DNA from: Podarcis tiliguerta
Taxonomy: Eukaryota
DNA length: 64,000 nucleotides
Reading direction: 5' to 3' (one strand)
NCBI GenBank assembly: GCA_965153285.1
Contig: OZ229114.1
Shown here: one piece after another, positions 1-12,100 of the stretch
How positions within the stretch are numbered: position 1 is the stretch's first letter
Layout: each line of letters starts with the position of its first letter
Position numbers and translations under genes: made by a program
The notes under the pieces: model-generated
Told to the model about the DNA's origin: nothing
The model's database searches: none
The model's input: only the letters and a program-made list of their open reading frames with translations

Positions 1-185
1 AAGGCACTGTACAATCCAGCTTTTGTGTAAAAGTACTTAATAGAAACTCCTGCTGTGTTCTAGTGTGATTGAAATTGGTAGAAACCTTCTACTTCCATTT
101 TAGTAAAATTTGCTTACAATGATAGTGTATAAATGAAAATGTATTTTGAAATATACCACTTATATACTAGACAGAAATGACATAT

Positions 186-507
186 AAAGGTAAAGGGACC
201 CCTGACTATTAGGTCCAGTTGTGACCGACTCTGGGGTTGTGGCGCTCATCTCGCTTTACTGGCCAAGGGAGCCGGCATACAGCTTCTGGGTCATGTGGCC
301 AGCATGACTAAGCTGCTTCTGGGGAACCAGAGCAGCGCATGGAAACGCCGTTTACCTTCCCACCTATTTATCTGCTTGCACTTTTGACATGCTTTGGAAC
401 TGCTAGGTTGGCAGGAGCTGGGACAGAGCAACAGGAGCTCACCCTTTCCCGGGGATTCGAACCGCCGACCTTCTGATCGGCAAGTCCTACAGCACCATCC
501 GCGTCCC
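186..507 (-). mobile_element. Sauria (Squam1-type) tRNA-derived SINE
   Basis: Minus-strand head GGGACGCGG with B-box GGTTCGAATCC; ACCTTT-type tail; body typical of lacertid Sauria SINEs. Confidence 0.85.
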
Positions 508-1188
508 TTTTATAATTAATATACAGTTAATTAAAAAGGCAAGTGATGGAAGATAACCCGTTCAAGATGTTCAAAGTTTGGCTTGAATGTGATCAGTTAG
601 TTCATACTGAATTCTCATTCGCAAGCCCTACATTGCATTCCTCTAGTATTAGAGCGATAACAGATAACAGTTGTTGATATATTTGGGTCAGTGCTTAAGA
701 ATGCAAACTGTGCTTGGAATGCATTTGGAAAAGTCTTAAAGATCTTCATATGTTTAGTACTAGATACCGGTTATGACCTAATGTACATGAGCATGTTGTC
801 ATTACACATGTGTCTGTTATTCTGTATGATTTAACAGTTAAGCCCTTGCCATTACTTCAGAAGGCACTCCATTATGGATATATTGCTTTCCTGTTGCCTG
901 AATTCCATCCACTCCTTATTCTGACTAATGAGTGAATTGCTGCATGAAATTGACTAGAGTAGAATGTTAAAAATAATGTAGCTTCTGAAGACTCTTCAGA
1001 TTGAACTTAAAAGACAGGAGGCTGTGTGTGGGAAGCTGAAAAGAGACCCCAGAATTAAGAGAGTTAGGAGATCTGATTTAAGAATGAATTGAGTCAGGAA
1101 TAGTTTGCAATAAAGAAAGGCAACAACATCATGGAGGAAGAGCCAAGGAGAAACAAGCTATTGCAAGATCTAAGGTAGGGCCTACATA

Positions 1189-1335
1189 CAGTGCCTTTTT
1201 TCGGGGGGGGGGGCACAGGTGTACACATATCCCTAAACATTTTGTGAATCTAAGTTTGGCCTCATTGAGGTGCAGTATTTCAATAAGAGTAGGAAAATGA
1301 GAGTAGCCCTAAACATTTTTTAGAAAAAAGCACTG
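1189..1335. mobile_element. hAT-type MITE
   Basis: TIRs CAGTGCCTTTTT / AAAAAAGCACTG; 8-bp TSD CCTACATA (1181-1188, 1336-1343). Confidence 0.85.
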
Positions 1336-2944
1336 CCTACATATAAGGGCATATAGGGTCTACGGACAGGAAGAAATCCGGCTGTTAGCAGCTTTGGAGT
1401 CTGTATGTTTGTGTTCTAGGGGCCCAAGGAAGTAACACAGCCAGAGAGGCTGTGTTTGAATTCATATAGATTTGAATTAATTAATTTTCACCAGTCTATA
1501 TCTTAAAGATAAAGCATATCTTTAACAACTGTAGGTTGATTATTTGTTATCTGAAAGATGGAAACTGCTCTCATGAGGGTGTACCATGAGAGTGTATAGT
1601 AAAAATGAAATGCACAGGTGGATAAAGAAAAAAAACATGCCCTAACAAACCTTCTATTCTAATGATTTTGGAGAGCTTGAAATTTAAAAGAACATCTTGT
1701 TTCTTCTTACTTAGTTGAAAGTAAAATTTATGGAATGTTAAGGGTGGTACTATCATAATGTTGAACCATACAATTGTGGCACTATGAATAAACCTTGGCA
1801 ACATAGGTTTCGGATATTACTATTGAAATATTTATGACCTAATAAATGTTTTGGAATTTTGCATTGTCAAGACTGCATAGTACAGAATGTACAGAATTTT
1901 GCTTTGTGTAGCTTGAATGCAAGTAGATGTGACATTAATCCAGGAGTAACAAATCCATGGCCATGTATATGGCTCCCAAACTTTTTGGACGCTTCTCAAG
2001 ACCCCCCGCAAATTCATTTGTTTAATTTTATATTTCTTTATTGACTGCTCCTGTGGGTCCCCCACTGTAATGTCATGGTGTTAATTGTGGTTTTTTGGGT
2101 GCTTTTGCCCTAAAGTCATTGTCAGCAGAAGCAAGGCTGCATGCCTATCACTATTTTTTTCAGCAGTGCTTCTGCAGGGTTCAAAAAACTTCATTTGAAG
2201 TGCTTCATGTTTGTTTTTAATTTGGCTGCTTCTGATTATAGTTGGAAAATAGTGCATCTCTTTGGATCAGTGTACAACAGCTGAGACATCTCTCACGAAG
2301 CTAAAGCAGCAGAATTCAAAACACAGTACAGTAGTTATAAATAATTTCAGCAACTTAAAATACATATACACACACACACTTTACATATATTTCATAAGCA
2401 TGTCGTCATGCTATAGTTTGACTGGCCTCGGACAGGTGGCACTGCAAGCTACAGTGATGAGCTGTTGGGCCATTGAGTGAGTGGCCGAGGAAAGGAGAAG
2501 GGATCCAGAGGCTATATATTCAGGTCCAGGTGATGCAGGTCCCACTGATGTGAGGAGGGAAGTAGTGGATTGAATGCAGGGTAGTGGCCCTGGTGAAGCA
2601 AGGAGGAGGGATCCAGATGATGCGGTAGTTAGCTGGTTCAGACAAGCCATGGAGGTATGGAGAGGTCTGAGCTAGTGGAAAGGGGGGGGGGAGGCTGGCA
2701 GGGTTATTGAGTAAAGATCCTAGGGTGTTTGAATGAATACTCAGATCCGTGTGTGTATGTACACATGCACAACACACAAACACTGTCACACATGTATGCG
2801 TATACCTATATATATCTAGGTAGAGATAAGCATTTGGCATTTTTAGTAACAGCACATACACCACAGTTCTATAGAACATGTTATGTCAGTCACTTCTCTC
2901 CTAGCTTAGGCTTATGAAATCTATTTAAAATATATGTTCTGCAG

Positions 2945-3311
2945 CAGGGGTGGGGAAACTTTGTTGGTTGGTGAGCTAGGTATCTTTGGCTGATGGGTGG
3001 GGCCACCCATCTGTAAATCGTCTGATGTCATGATGATATCCAGTGACTGATAGGTGGGTGGGCATGCATGGGGGTGGGACAAAATAGCACCCAGTAGGAT
3101 TGAATCCTCTGCTCACCAATTGATGAGCAAATGATTCAGAACTGCTGGTTGCAAAGGGTATGCTTTGCCCCCAGCAGGATTGAATTGCACTCCCAGTCCA
3201 TCAGCTGACATCACTCGTTAATGCCAGCTGATTGACAGGTGGGTGTAGATTGGGGGAAATGGACTTGTGTGCCAACCTGGACCCCTTGTGGGCCAGAGTT
3301 CCCCACCCTTG
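2945..3311. mobile_element. Old hAT-type non-autonomous element
   Basis: CAGGGGTGGGGAAAC ... GTTCCCCACCCTTG ends; TSD degraded. Confidence 0.55.
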
Positions 3312-4670
3312 TTCTACTGTAAAAAGTGGTCTGTAGAGGCAGCTTCTGACAATATCATAACACTTTAAAAATAAAATTGAATGGTTGTTTATATTTGAAG
3401 AAAATTTCCCCCCTCTAAACACTGAAGATACTTCAAATAGTCCAAAAAGCTGCTAGTATTCATTTTCACATTTGCACTATCATCTTTTATATTAGAGAGT
3501 TGCACATTTTTTCAGTTGACTATTAAAGGATGTGCCTTGCTCATTGTGAAACTATTGATCAAATCACGAAGGCAAGAGCTAGGAAAAATTACTGAAAATT
3601 ATGTTGTGCATTACGTAACTGTTAATACATGGCCTGTCTAGGAGTCTGCAGTGATGAAGGAAAGAAGGGATTAGGACTATGGCATCAAACACACCATGCT
3701 GGGGCAGGTGAAGGTTGGAGTTCTTGCCTCCGCTCTTGCCAAAATATACTGTCTTCTGCCCAGGCACTTACACTCCCCGCCCCCCAGCTATTGGGTACCA
3801 GTTGCTCAGTTTTCTCCCCCACCCCTTTACTCTTTTATTGTGACCACAGGCTATAGCCACATGATCAAAGAAAAGATAGTCACACTGGTGATCAAATATG
3901 TGGTGATCTTGGGGTGCTGTTCTGGACTAAGGTTTCACAGGAGTCTGACCAGGTGCTGTTCCTGGGTTTTTAGGTATCTCAGGCATTTTGTTATTGTGGT
4001 GTTGAAATGCCAGGCTTTCTTCCAAACATATTGTTCTTGTTAGCAGAATGTTCTCTTCAAAGCTAAAGATTCATTCCTCACTCACACAACTTACAATCAT
4101 TTCATTTTCCATTTAGAGTATTAAAGACTGATATACATGAAGCAAAAGATGCAATATTGTAGAAATGTAAAAGTAGTATATAAATAAATATTTGATGTTT
4201 ACTAAGAGTTGGGATAGACATCATGGTGCCCATCAGATGATGTTGCAGTTATGTTGGCTGCAGGAGTTGCCGGAAGGTGTACAAGGGACTCCACTTTGGT
4301 TTGGTTAGGGTTTACTCCTTAGTGGAGGAAATTGCAGGTTTTAGCATCAGATCAGCCACAGGTTGTAGTGACATCCAAAGCCATAAAAACTATGGGCAAT
4401 CGTAAAAATGGTTTTCTGAACCAAGCAAACTTCAAACGATAATTTCTGAAGATGCTTTGTTTCGCTTATAGTTAAGATTAACCATGGTTTAACATTTGTA
4501 CAACATGTTAAACTGGTTAAGTGAAAACTGAAGCAAAATAATCTGATGATTTTGTGGCTATGCTGGAAGAGTAGAGTATGGGGATTATGGAATCCTGAGA
4601 TTTGACCAGCTCACACAGGTAAACCATAGCTTAGTGTTGTGTTCAAGCAAGGTCATTACGTGTGCTAGAG

Positions 4671-5151
4671 CAGGGACGTCCAACTCCCAATAGACTGCGA
4701 TCTACTCACAGTATAAAAATCTGGCAGTGAGCTACCCATTGTCATTTGATGGATCAATGTTGTTGAGCTTGTTTTCTTTTTTTTTAGGGAGCAAATGAAT
4801 GAATGGAACTGAATGAATGAATGAAACTGAATGAGCATTGTGATATACACAGAACATAATAAAAAGTTGATTATATAAAACACACAGCTGAGGGTCCTGA
4901 ATCTGCAGTCAAATAGTGGACCTTAATCTGATGGTCCACTTTTTTTGCTAGGAAGCAAAAGTTGCTGAGCTTTTTTTGGGGAAAGGCAAAGTTGTTCAGC
5001 TTTTCTTGGGAAGCCAGAGTGGTTGAGCTTTTTAAAAATTCTTTTTTATTTATTTATTTTGGGGGGAAGGAGATCCCTGAGGGACCAGCGATCTACCAGG
5101 AACACCCCACAATCTACCAGTAGATTGAGATCTACCTGTTGGACGTGCCTT
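4671..5151. mobile_element. hAT-type non-autonomous element
   Basis: CAGGGACGTCCAAC ... GTTGGACGTGCCTT ends; 8-bp TSD TGCTAGAG on both sides; internal repeated GTTGAGCTTTTT and GATCTAC motifs. Confidence 0.8.
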
Positions 5152-6006
5152 TGCTAGAGGATCATGGAATCAGTTTTAATCAAGTGATGGCTTTAAAGTT
5201 TTGTATTGGATTTAATGAGTTTCTAATATAACATTGGGCGATTGTCTCAGACTCACCCCTGAAAAAATATCCATCTTTGAGAAAGTTACAAAATATTCCC
5301 ATGTTCCTTAGTTTAACTGAGCTGAACACGTTTTTCACTCAAGTTAACAGCCATTGAAATTTTGAAAGAAACCGCTTCTCTATAGCACTCAGAAACATCT
5401 CCACAAGGGAGCACAGTCTTTGACTGACTTTTAGCTTGTTTCAAAACAAAGCACTGAATTCAAAGAGGCATTGGATTGAAGGTGGATGATAGGACCAAGG
5501 TCTTAAGATATTGACTTAAGAGAGATCTTTCTTCTGTATATGGTCAGAGTCTAGTATATATTTTTTCCAAGATGATCTAAAAACTTTAAAACAGCCTGAG
5601 GTGAGAAACCTCTTCCCTGGAACTGGATAATGAGTGAGATCCACACTCATTTACTCTTACTTTGACTAATTGGATATTGCCCAGTCTTTTTGATATGTAT
5701 TCATTTTTGTTCATGTAATGTTTCTCAGCTTGCCTTTAAGACTTTACAGAACAGTGTATCTATTAATAGGCTGTGTATTTTTATATGGCATGAAAATTTT
5801 AACAGTTGTGGTTCATTTTTTCTGAATGCAGTGGCAAAGAAAGAAGAATTCTAATGCATTGTGTTGATATATGTGCAGAAGTAGCATTAAATTGGCATGA
5901 ACTATTTTTATCTTTTTGTTTCCAGGTTAAGCTTTGAAACCAACTTTAGCTATTACTTTTCAAGTAAACTCAACTTTACCTTTTCACTTTATTTTAAATT
6001 TTCCAG

Positions 6007-6111
6007 TCAAAATGTTATGGCCAGAAACTGCTGACAGAAGTATTTAATCGGTTGAATTTGGTTGAATCGGACTACTTTGGAATTGAATTCCAGAACATGC
6101 AGTCATATTGG
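6007..6111 (+). CDS. FARP2: FARP2 exon ~3 (SKCYGQKLL...QNMQSYW)
   Basis: ttccag| ... |gtatgt, 105 nt, phase 0-0. Confidence 0.93.
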
Positions 6112-9100
6112 GTATGTAATATGTTTTTATCTGAATATAAACACCTTTAAATAGATGTGTTTTCAGCTTTGTTTTTAAAGGAAGACATTTGGTAGTTCTA
6201 CTCTGGTTAAATTTGCGCAAAAATTCCTTTAATGTAGGAGAAAGAGGATTATATTACAGGTAAGCAAAGCTGCACCAAGTGATGCAGCTGCAGTTGTTTC
6301 AAATAATAACCCTACACAGTTTTGTTGAATGCCATTTTTTGGTCCTTCCATTTTTAAAACAAGCACTACCTACTTTGCTTATTATGGAGCTCTCTTGAGT
6401 GTTTAGTTCCTTTTCAATGAATTTTATTAGTTTTTGCTATGATTCAAAAAGAATGGTGTTTCAAGAAAAGACACCAAACCACTTGATTAGCATTTTTAGA
6501 GATGAAATGGAGTGCTGTATAAATTGGAATCTCATTTCTACTGATCAGTATTTGTACTGTATCTTTTGACATAGAATCAAGATGTTGTGCTACAAGGGAT
6601 AAAAGTAAAACGTAGATCGAACAAAGCTGTTTAGGAAGTCCATGAGTGGGATCAAGTAATATAACCTTGATCAATGAAACAGGCTTGACAATACCTATGA
6701 CACAAATGGCATAAGGCTTGATGTGAAGTCAACTAGACATGTGATGGTGAAGTTGCATAGACTACAGTGGCTATCCCGATCCATATACTGCCATAACTGG
6801 GGAAAGGCACTGCTAGCCACAGAATTCCCTTGGACCTCTAATGACAAAGGTCTATCTAAACTACATACCTGATTGTTCAGAGGGAGTGCAGTATCTTCAG
6901 GATGTAAGAACCTACCCACAGAGCCTCTTTCTTACCAGGTTTCAAACTCAGTTTGTTGGCCCTTCTCCAGTCCACCACTGCATTCAGGCATAGATCCAGG
7001 ACTTGCACAGCCTTTCCTGATCCAGATGTTAAGGAGGTGTAGTAGATATAGATGTTAAATAGCACTGGGGACCAAATTGTGCCTTGCAGAATCACATAAC
7101 ACAAGTGCAGGAGGCCATAGAACAGTGTTGTCCCACTGTTACACTCCGAACTCACCCACATAGGTAGGAACAATGCTACTGTAATACATTGCCTCCTATA
7201 CTGATCATGAACAGTTGATGTAGGAAGATATGGTCAGTGGGGTCAAAAACCACTGAGAGATCAAGTAATTGTAACAGTGTTGCATTTTCGCCGTCCCTCT
7301 TCTGAGGGTGACAAAGACTGATTCAATCATGAAACCAGGCCTGAACCCAGATTGAATTGAATCTAGACACTCAGTGTACTCAAACAACACTTGCCTGATG
7401 TACTTCATTTGATGGCAGAATTTGCATATTTAGATGTAGAGTTCTATCTAGACCTTTTGCAAAAAAACTTTTTTTCTCAGTGGATAAAAAAATATCTTTG
7501 ATGTTATTTTTGAAGTTTGCATGAATAAATGCATTCATATACTTGAAAGGAATTTCAAGTCATTCATTCTAATCTTTGCCCTCTAGCTTTATTATCTTGG
7601 GCAGATTTCAGTCAGTCTCCTCACTGAAACCTCCAGAAAGAGTTGCCATAAGTTTCTTGGGCAAGGGACTTTGTTGCACAAGCATTAGTGTAAATTAATT
7701 TTCCTGTGATCCTTCCAAAAGGTTCTCTGCCATAACTAGAACTCAGTGCTTTTCCTTCATTTGCTTCAGGAAACTTTTTTCCTTCTGCTAGCTTTTCCAC
7801 TATATTTTTCACTGTCTATGTATAGACATTTTGAGGTTTATTCCTTTAGCTAAAACATTTGTTTAACTGAAATGGGGGTGTAGGGAAATATTGGTTTACA
7901 GGTGCTAGAATTATTTTAGCTGTGTGGTTTTATTTACTGCTGCAGTGTTTGCTTAATTATTTACCTAAGCCCTTTTTTCCTTGTTCAGATTTGGCTTGAG
8001 CCTATGAAACCTGTAATTAAACAAATACGAAGTAAGTATATATACTATTTCTATTAGTGTTTCTTTCTAGAATTCTAGCAACTTTTTGGTGCTATTCTTA
8101 ACATGGCCACATTTGGAAGATTAAGGCAGGATATCTATGTGCTGTTTGCACCCACGTGCAGCCCCTTTATTGCGTCTTTGTACAAGCAGTGAAACCATCC
8201 AGGAAGCCACAGTTAACTGTAGCTTCCTGTTAAGTCTGAACTGAGAACTATGGTTCATGTCTCCCAATAAGCCAGGATTTCAGAGCATACTTTTAACTGT
8301 GGTAAGGTGCATGCAGCTCATGCCTATGTTACTTTATTAAGCCGGAATTTGATTGCCTGACTTTACACATCTTGGTACCCTCCAAAAGTTTTGGGCTACA
8401 GCTCTCATCATTCCCAGCTATCATGGTCAATGGTGAAGATGATAGAATGAATGAATGAATAAGTTTATTACGGTCATAGACCAGAAGAAAAGAAAAAAGC
8501 ATAAAAACAACAGTAGTTTACGAGGGAATGATGGTGTCAATTAAAAGTTGTAAAATTATACATAAAAACAATACACATATGCACACACACCCACACACAC
8601 GCACATATATACTCATATATGCGCTACAATATATGTGTAGACTTTAAAAAAGGGGGGGGGCTTGTCCAAGGGTCAGATCTTTTACTTTTTTACAACTAAT
8701 GCCCTCCGCTTGATCGCGGCCGCAGAAAACTTGGCCACTTTCAGTGTTACTTCTGGGTTTTTATCTCCTAGTAGGATTTTCAGCCGCTGAGATTCAGATC
8801 GACCTGGGAATTTCTGAACGATAGGGGAGATAAACAGTGACCTGATATCCCCGTAGAGGTCGCAGTGTAACAACACATGTGAAGCCGTTTCCGCCTCCTT
8901 CAGACCACATGGGCAAACTCGTTCGGCATAGGGTGTGCCCTCGTATCTGCCCTTTAGTAAGGCAGATGGCAGTACATCAAATCTGGTAAGGGTAAACGCC
9001 CGCCTATATTTTGCGATTTGTAGATCCAGCAGATATGGGGTTAGATTAAACCCTTTTCCATAATCTTGGATAGCTGGATATTTATCTATCTTGCTCATAT

Positions 9101-12100
9101 GGTCCTGAAGCTCTATATCTCCTATTCGCTGGCTCACCATCATTTTAGCCTTTTCAAAACCTGCGGCTATAAGTTCCTGTGGGGAAAGCCCCAGGCCCTT
9201 CAATTTTTCATAAAGCGACAATCTCCATTTAGACTGGAACGGGTCTAGTAAAGTCAATGGAGCCACTCCCACTGGGAAAAATATGAGTTTTAGCCAGAAG
9301 TGAATCTTCAGGATCCATATCCTGGCATTAATAGGGAGCTGACCTACCTCCAGCCTAATGGCAGTGTTGGAGACACAGGTAGGTAACCCTAGTAGGGAGC
9401 GGTAAAATTTAGTTTGTACAGATTCCAGGGACTTGAGTTTTTGGCAATTAAATATCTGGGTGCCATACATCAGTTGTGGAAGTATTTTTGCAACAAAGAC
9501 CTGGGAGGCGGCAGGAACATATTGACCTCCTTTTCTGTAAAAGAATCTTATGATAGCTCTAAAAGATCTTTGCGCATTTACAATGGAATTCTTAATCTGA
9601 TGGCACCAAGATCCCTTCTCATCAAAAATTATTCCAAGATATCTAAAAGATGTTACTTGCTCAATAGGTTGGTTATTAATTTTCCATTTATGTCGGAGTT
9701 TTCTCTTGGGGAACACCATAATTTTTGATTTAGTGTAATTTATTATTAGGTGTTCAGCTTCGCAGTACTCTGTAAGAGCTCGTAAAAGTTTTCTTAGACC
9801 CACACAAGAGAAGGAAATAAGTGCCGCATCATCTGCGTACAAAAGGACTGGGATTGGTATATTGTTTAGGTTTGGGGAATGAGTACTTGCTTCCTCCATC
9901 TTTCCGACTAAGGAGTTTATATAGAAGTTGAATAGAATAGGGGCAAGAACACAGCCTTGCTTGACACCATGGAAACTTTGGATTTCCTTTGATAGGTTCC
10001 CATAACGGTCGCATCTAACACGGATCCGAGTATTTTCATGTAGTCTACGGATAAGAAGCAAAAGACGTCTATCGATGTTTGTGGCATTTAATTTTTCCCA
10101 AAGTCTGTGCCGGGGTATCGAATCGAAAGCTGATTTGAAATCTATAAAGGCTACATAGAGAGAGCCTCCTTTCTTTGAGGTGTATTTCTCCACTAGATGT
10201 TGCAATACCAGTCCTTGGTCTAGAGTTGATCTATGTGCCCTGAAACCAGCCTGGGCTTCCTTTAAGACGTGCTCCTGTTCCAGCCAGTCCGCAAACTTTT
10301 CACGTAAGTGAGTTGCATAAAGTTTGCTGATGATGCTTAAGAGACTGATTGGTCTGTAATTGGCTGGATCAAGTTTACAGCCTTTCTTAAATATGGGAAC
10401 GATGATTGCCAATCCCCAGTCCTCTGGTATTATTGCTGTTTGATCTATGCTGGTGAAAAGGGTGGCAAGGACTGGGGCCCACCAGTCAATATTGGCTTTG
10501 AGAAGCTCAGGAGAGATATTATCTGCTCCCGGGGCTTTTCTATGTTTGAGTGCCTGAATAAGCCTCCTAATCTCCGCAACCGACACCGGGGGCCACTCAT
10601 CACCTGCCGCACACTGTATTAGTGGCTGTGTCAAAGGCAGAGCTGGATATAGAGATTGGAAAAATGCCTCCCAAGTCCCTGCAGGTATAGTATACTCCAC
10701 TTCTGAGGAAGTAGATCGCACTCCATTTGCTACCAGTCTCCAGAAGGTGGCCGAATCTCTCTCTCTGGATGCATCTATTAGGCATTTCCATTCTCTTTTC
10801 TGTGCCAGGAGTTTTTTGTTTTTGATCAGAATTTTATAGTTTCGTTTATCTTCAAACCAGCCCGTGGGGAGTTGGGGTAAATTGGCAGATCTATAATTCT
10901 TGTATTTTTTCAGTAAGTTTAGCTTCATGTCCTGACATTCTTGATCAAACCAGGGTTTGGAGTTTTTATATACTGAAGATTGCCTACTTGGCCTGTTCCT
11001 TTTTTCCTTCAGGGAATCTTGAAGGAGTGAAATTAACTCCTGAAATAAATTTATCTTTAGTTCATGGCTAGAGGAAGTTATGAGGTTTTCTCTCTTAGTA
11101 AGGAATTCCTTTGAGCATAGCCTACTTGAAATTTCCTTATGCAGTTCATCTGTCCATCTGATACGCGAATATCTGAGCTCCAAAGCTGTAGGGCTCGAAT
11201 GCTCGATTTTCTCAGCGCAGGATAAATCCTTTCCCGCAGCTACGAGTGCACTTAATGGCAGATGGTCACTGTCTAAGCGCTCCTCCACTTTGCATTCCAG
11301 AACTTTGTTTTGAAGATCATACGACACGATTATATAGTCAATTGTGGAGGCGCCATTGTTAGATATAAATGTGAATTCTCCGACCTTCTCCCCCTCTGTA
11401 CGGCCATTTAGTATAACCAAGTCCAACTTGTTGACCAAGTGTAGTAGGCATAAGCCGGCATAATTGCAGCCTTTATCCTTTGAGACTCTAGCTGGTATTG
11501 GGTGGGTTTCCTCTATAATGGGGACTGTTTCGTGGAAATGGGCATACAAAGCCTCATCAGATTGTCCAGTTCTGGCATTTAGGTCGCCTGCCACCACTAC
11601 AGAGGCATCAGGAAATTGATTTGATAGTTTGTCAAGATACTGTTCTAACTGAGCCCAATTGTTTCTTATCAATCTTTTCTCTCTTTGTGGGGGTAGGTAT
11701 ACGTTAATCAGCAGCAAGCTGTGGGTTCTCCACTGTACTTGCACAGCTGTGGCCAGATGGTCTAGTGGGTCTAGTTTTTTAAATATGGCCCTTAGCCTTG
11801 TTGAGATTAGGGTAACTAACCCACCTTTAACTCGCCCCCCTCTAGTACTTAAAAGACCTGGGAGGGAGAACGCAGAAAAACCATTTAGCTCCACTTCACT
11901 TGTGCTCCAGGTCTCCTGGAGAAACACAATGTCATGTCTCTGGATGTATTTAGCAAAGGATTGGTCAGAAACCCTCTTTTGCCAACCTGCAATATTCCAA
12001 GTTAGCAAGGCAAGGTTGCACGTTGTCTTGCCAAACATTGATCTTAGTCAATTTGCCTTTAAAAGATTTTTTGGGCCTATCTTTTTATCTGTTAGTTGGA

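Noticed and set aside
440-507. tRNA gene
   Set aside because: The B-box belongs to the tRNA-derived head of a Sauria SINE; no full cloverleaf.
1571-4883. Short ORFs (60-120 aa) in intronic DNA here and elsewhere
   Set aside because: No domains or splice support; many start at non-ATG codons or run through microsatellites and MITEs.
5927-5963. Possible small exon upstream of exon 3 (ttgtttccag|gttaag...)
   Set aside because: In-frame TGA in the required phase, weak donor and no recognisable homology.
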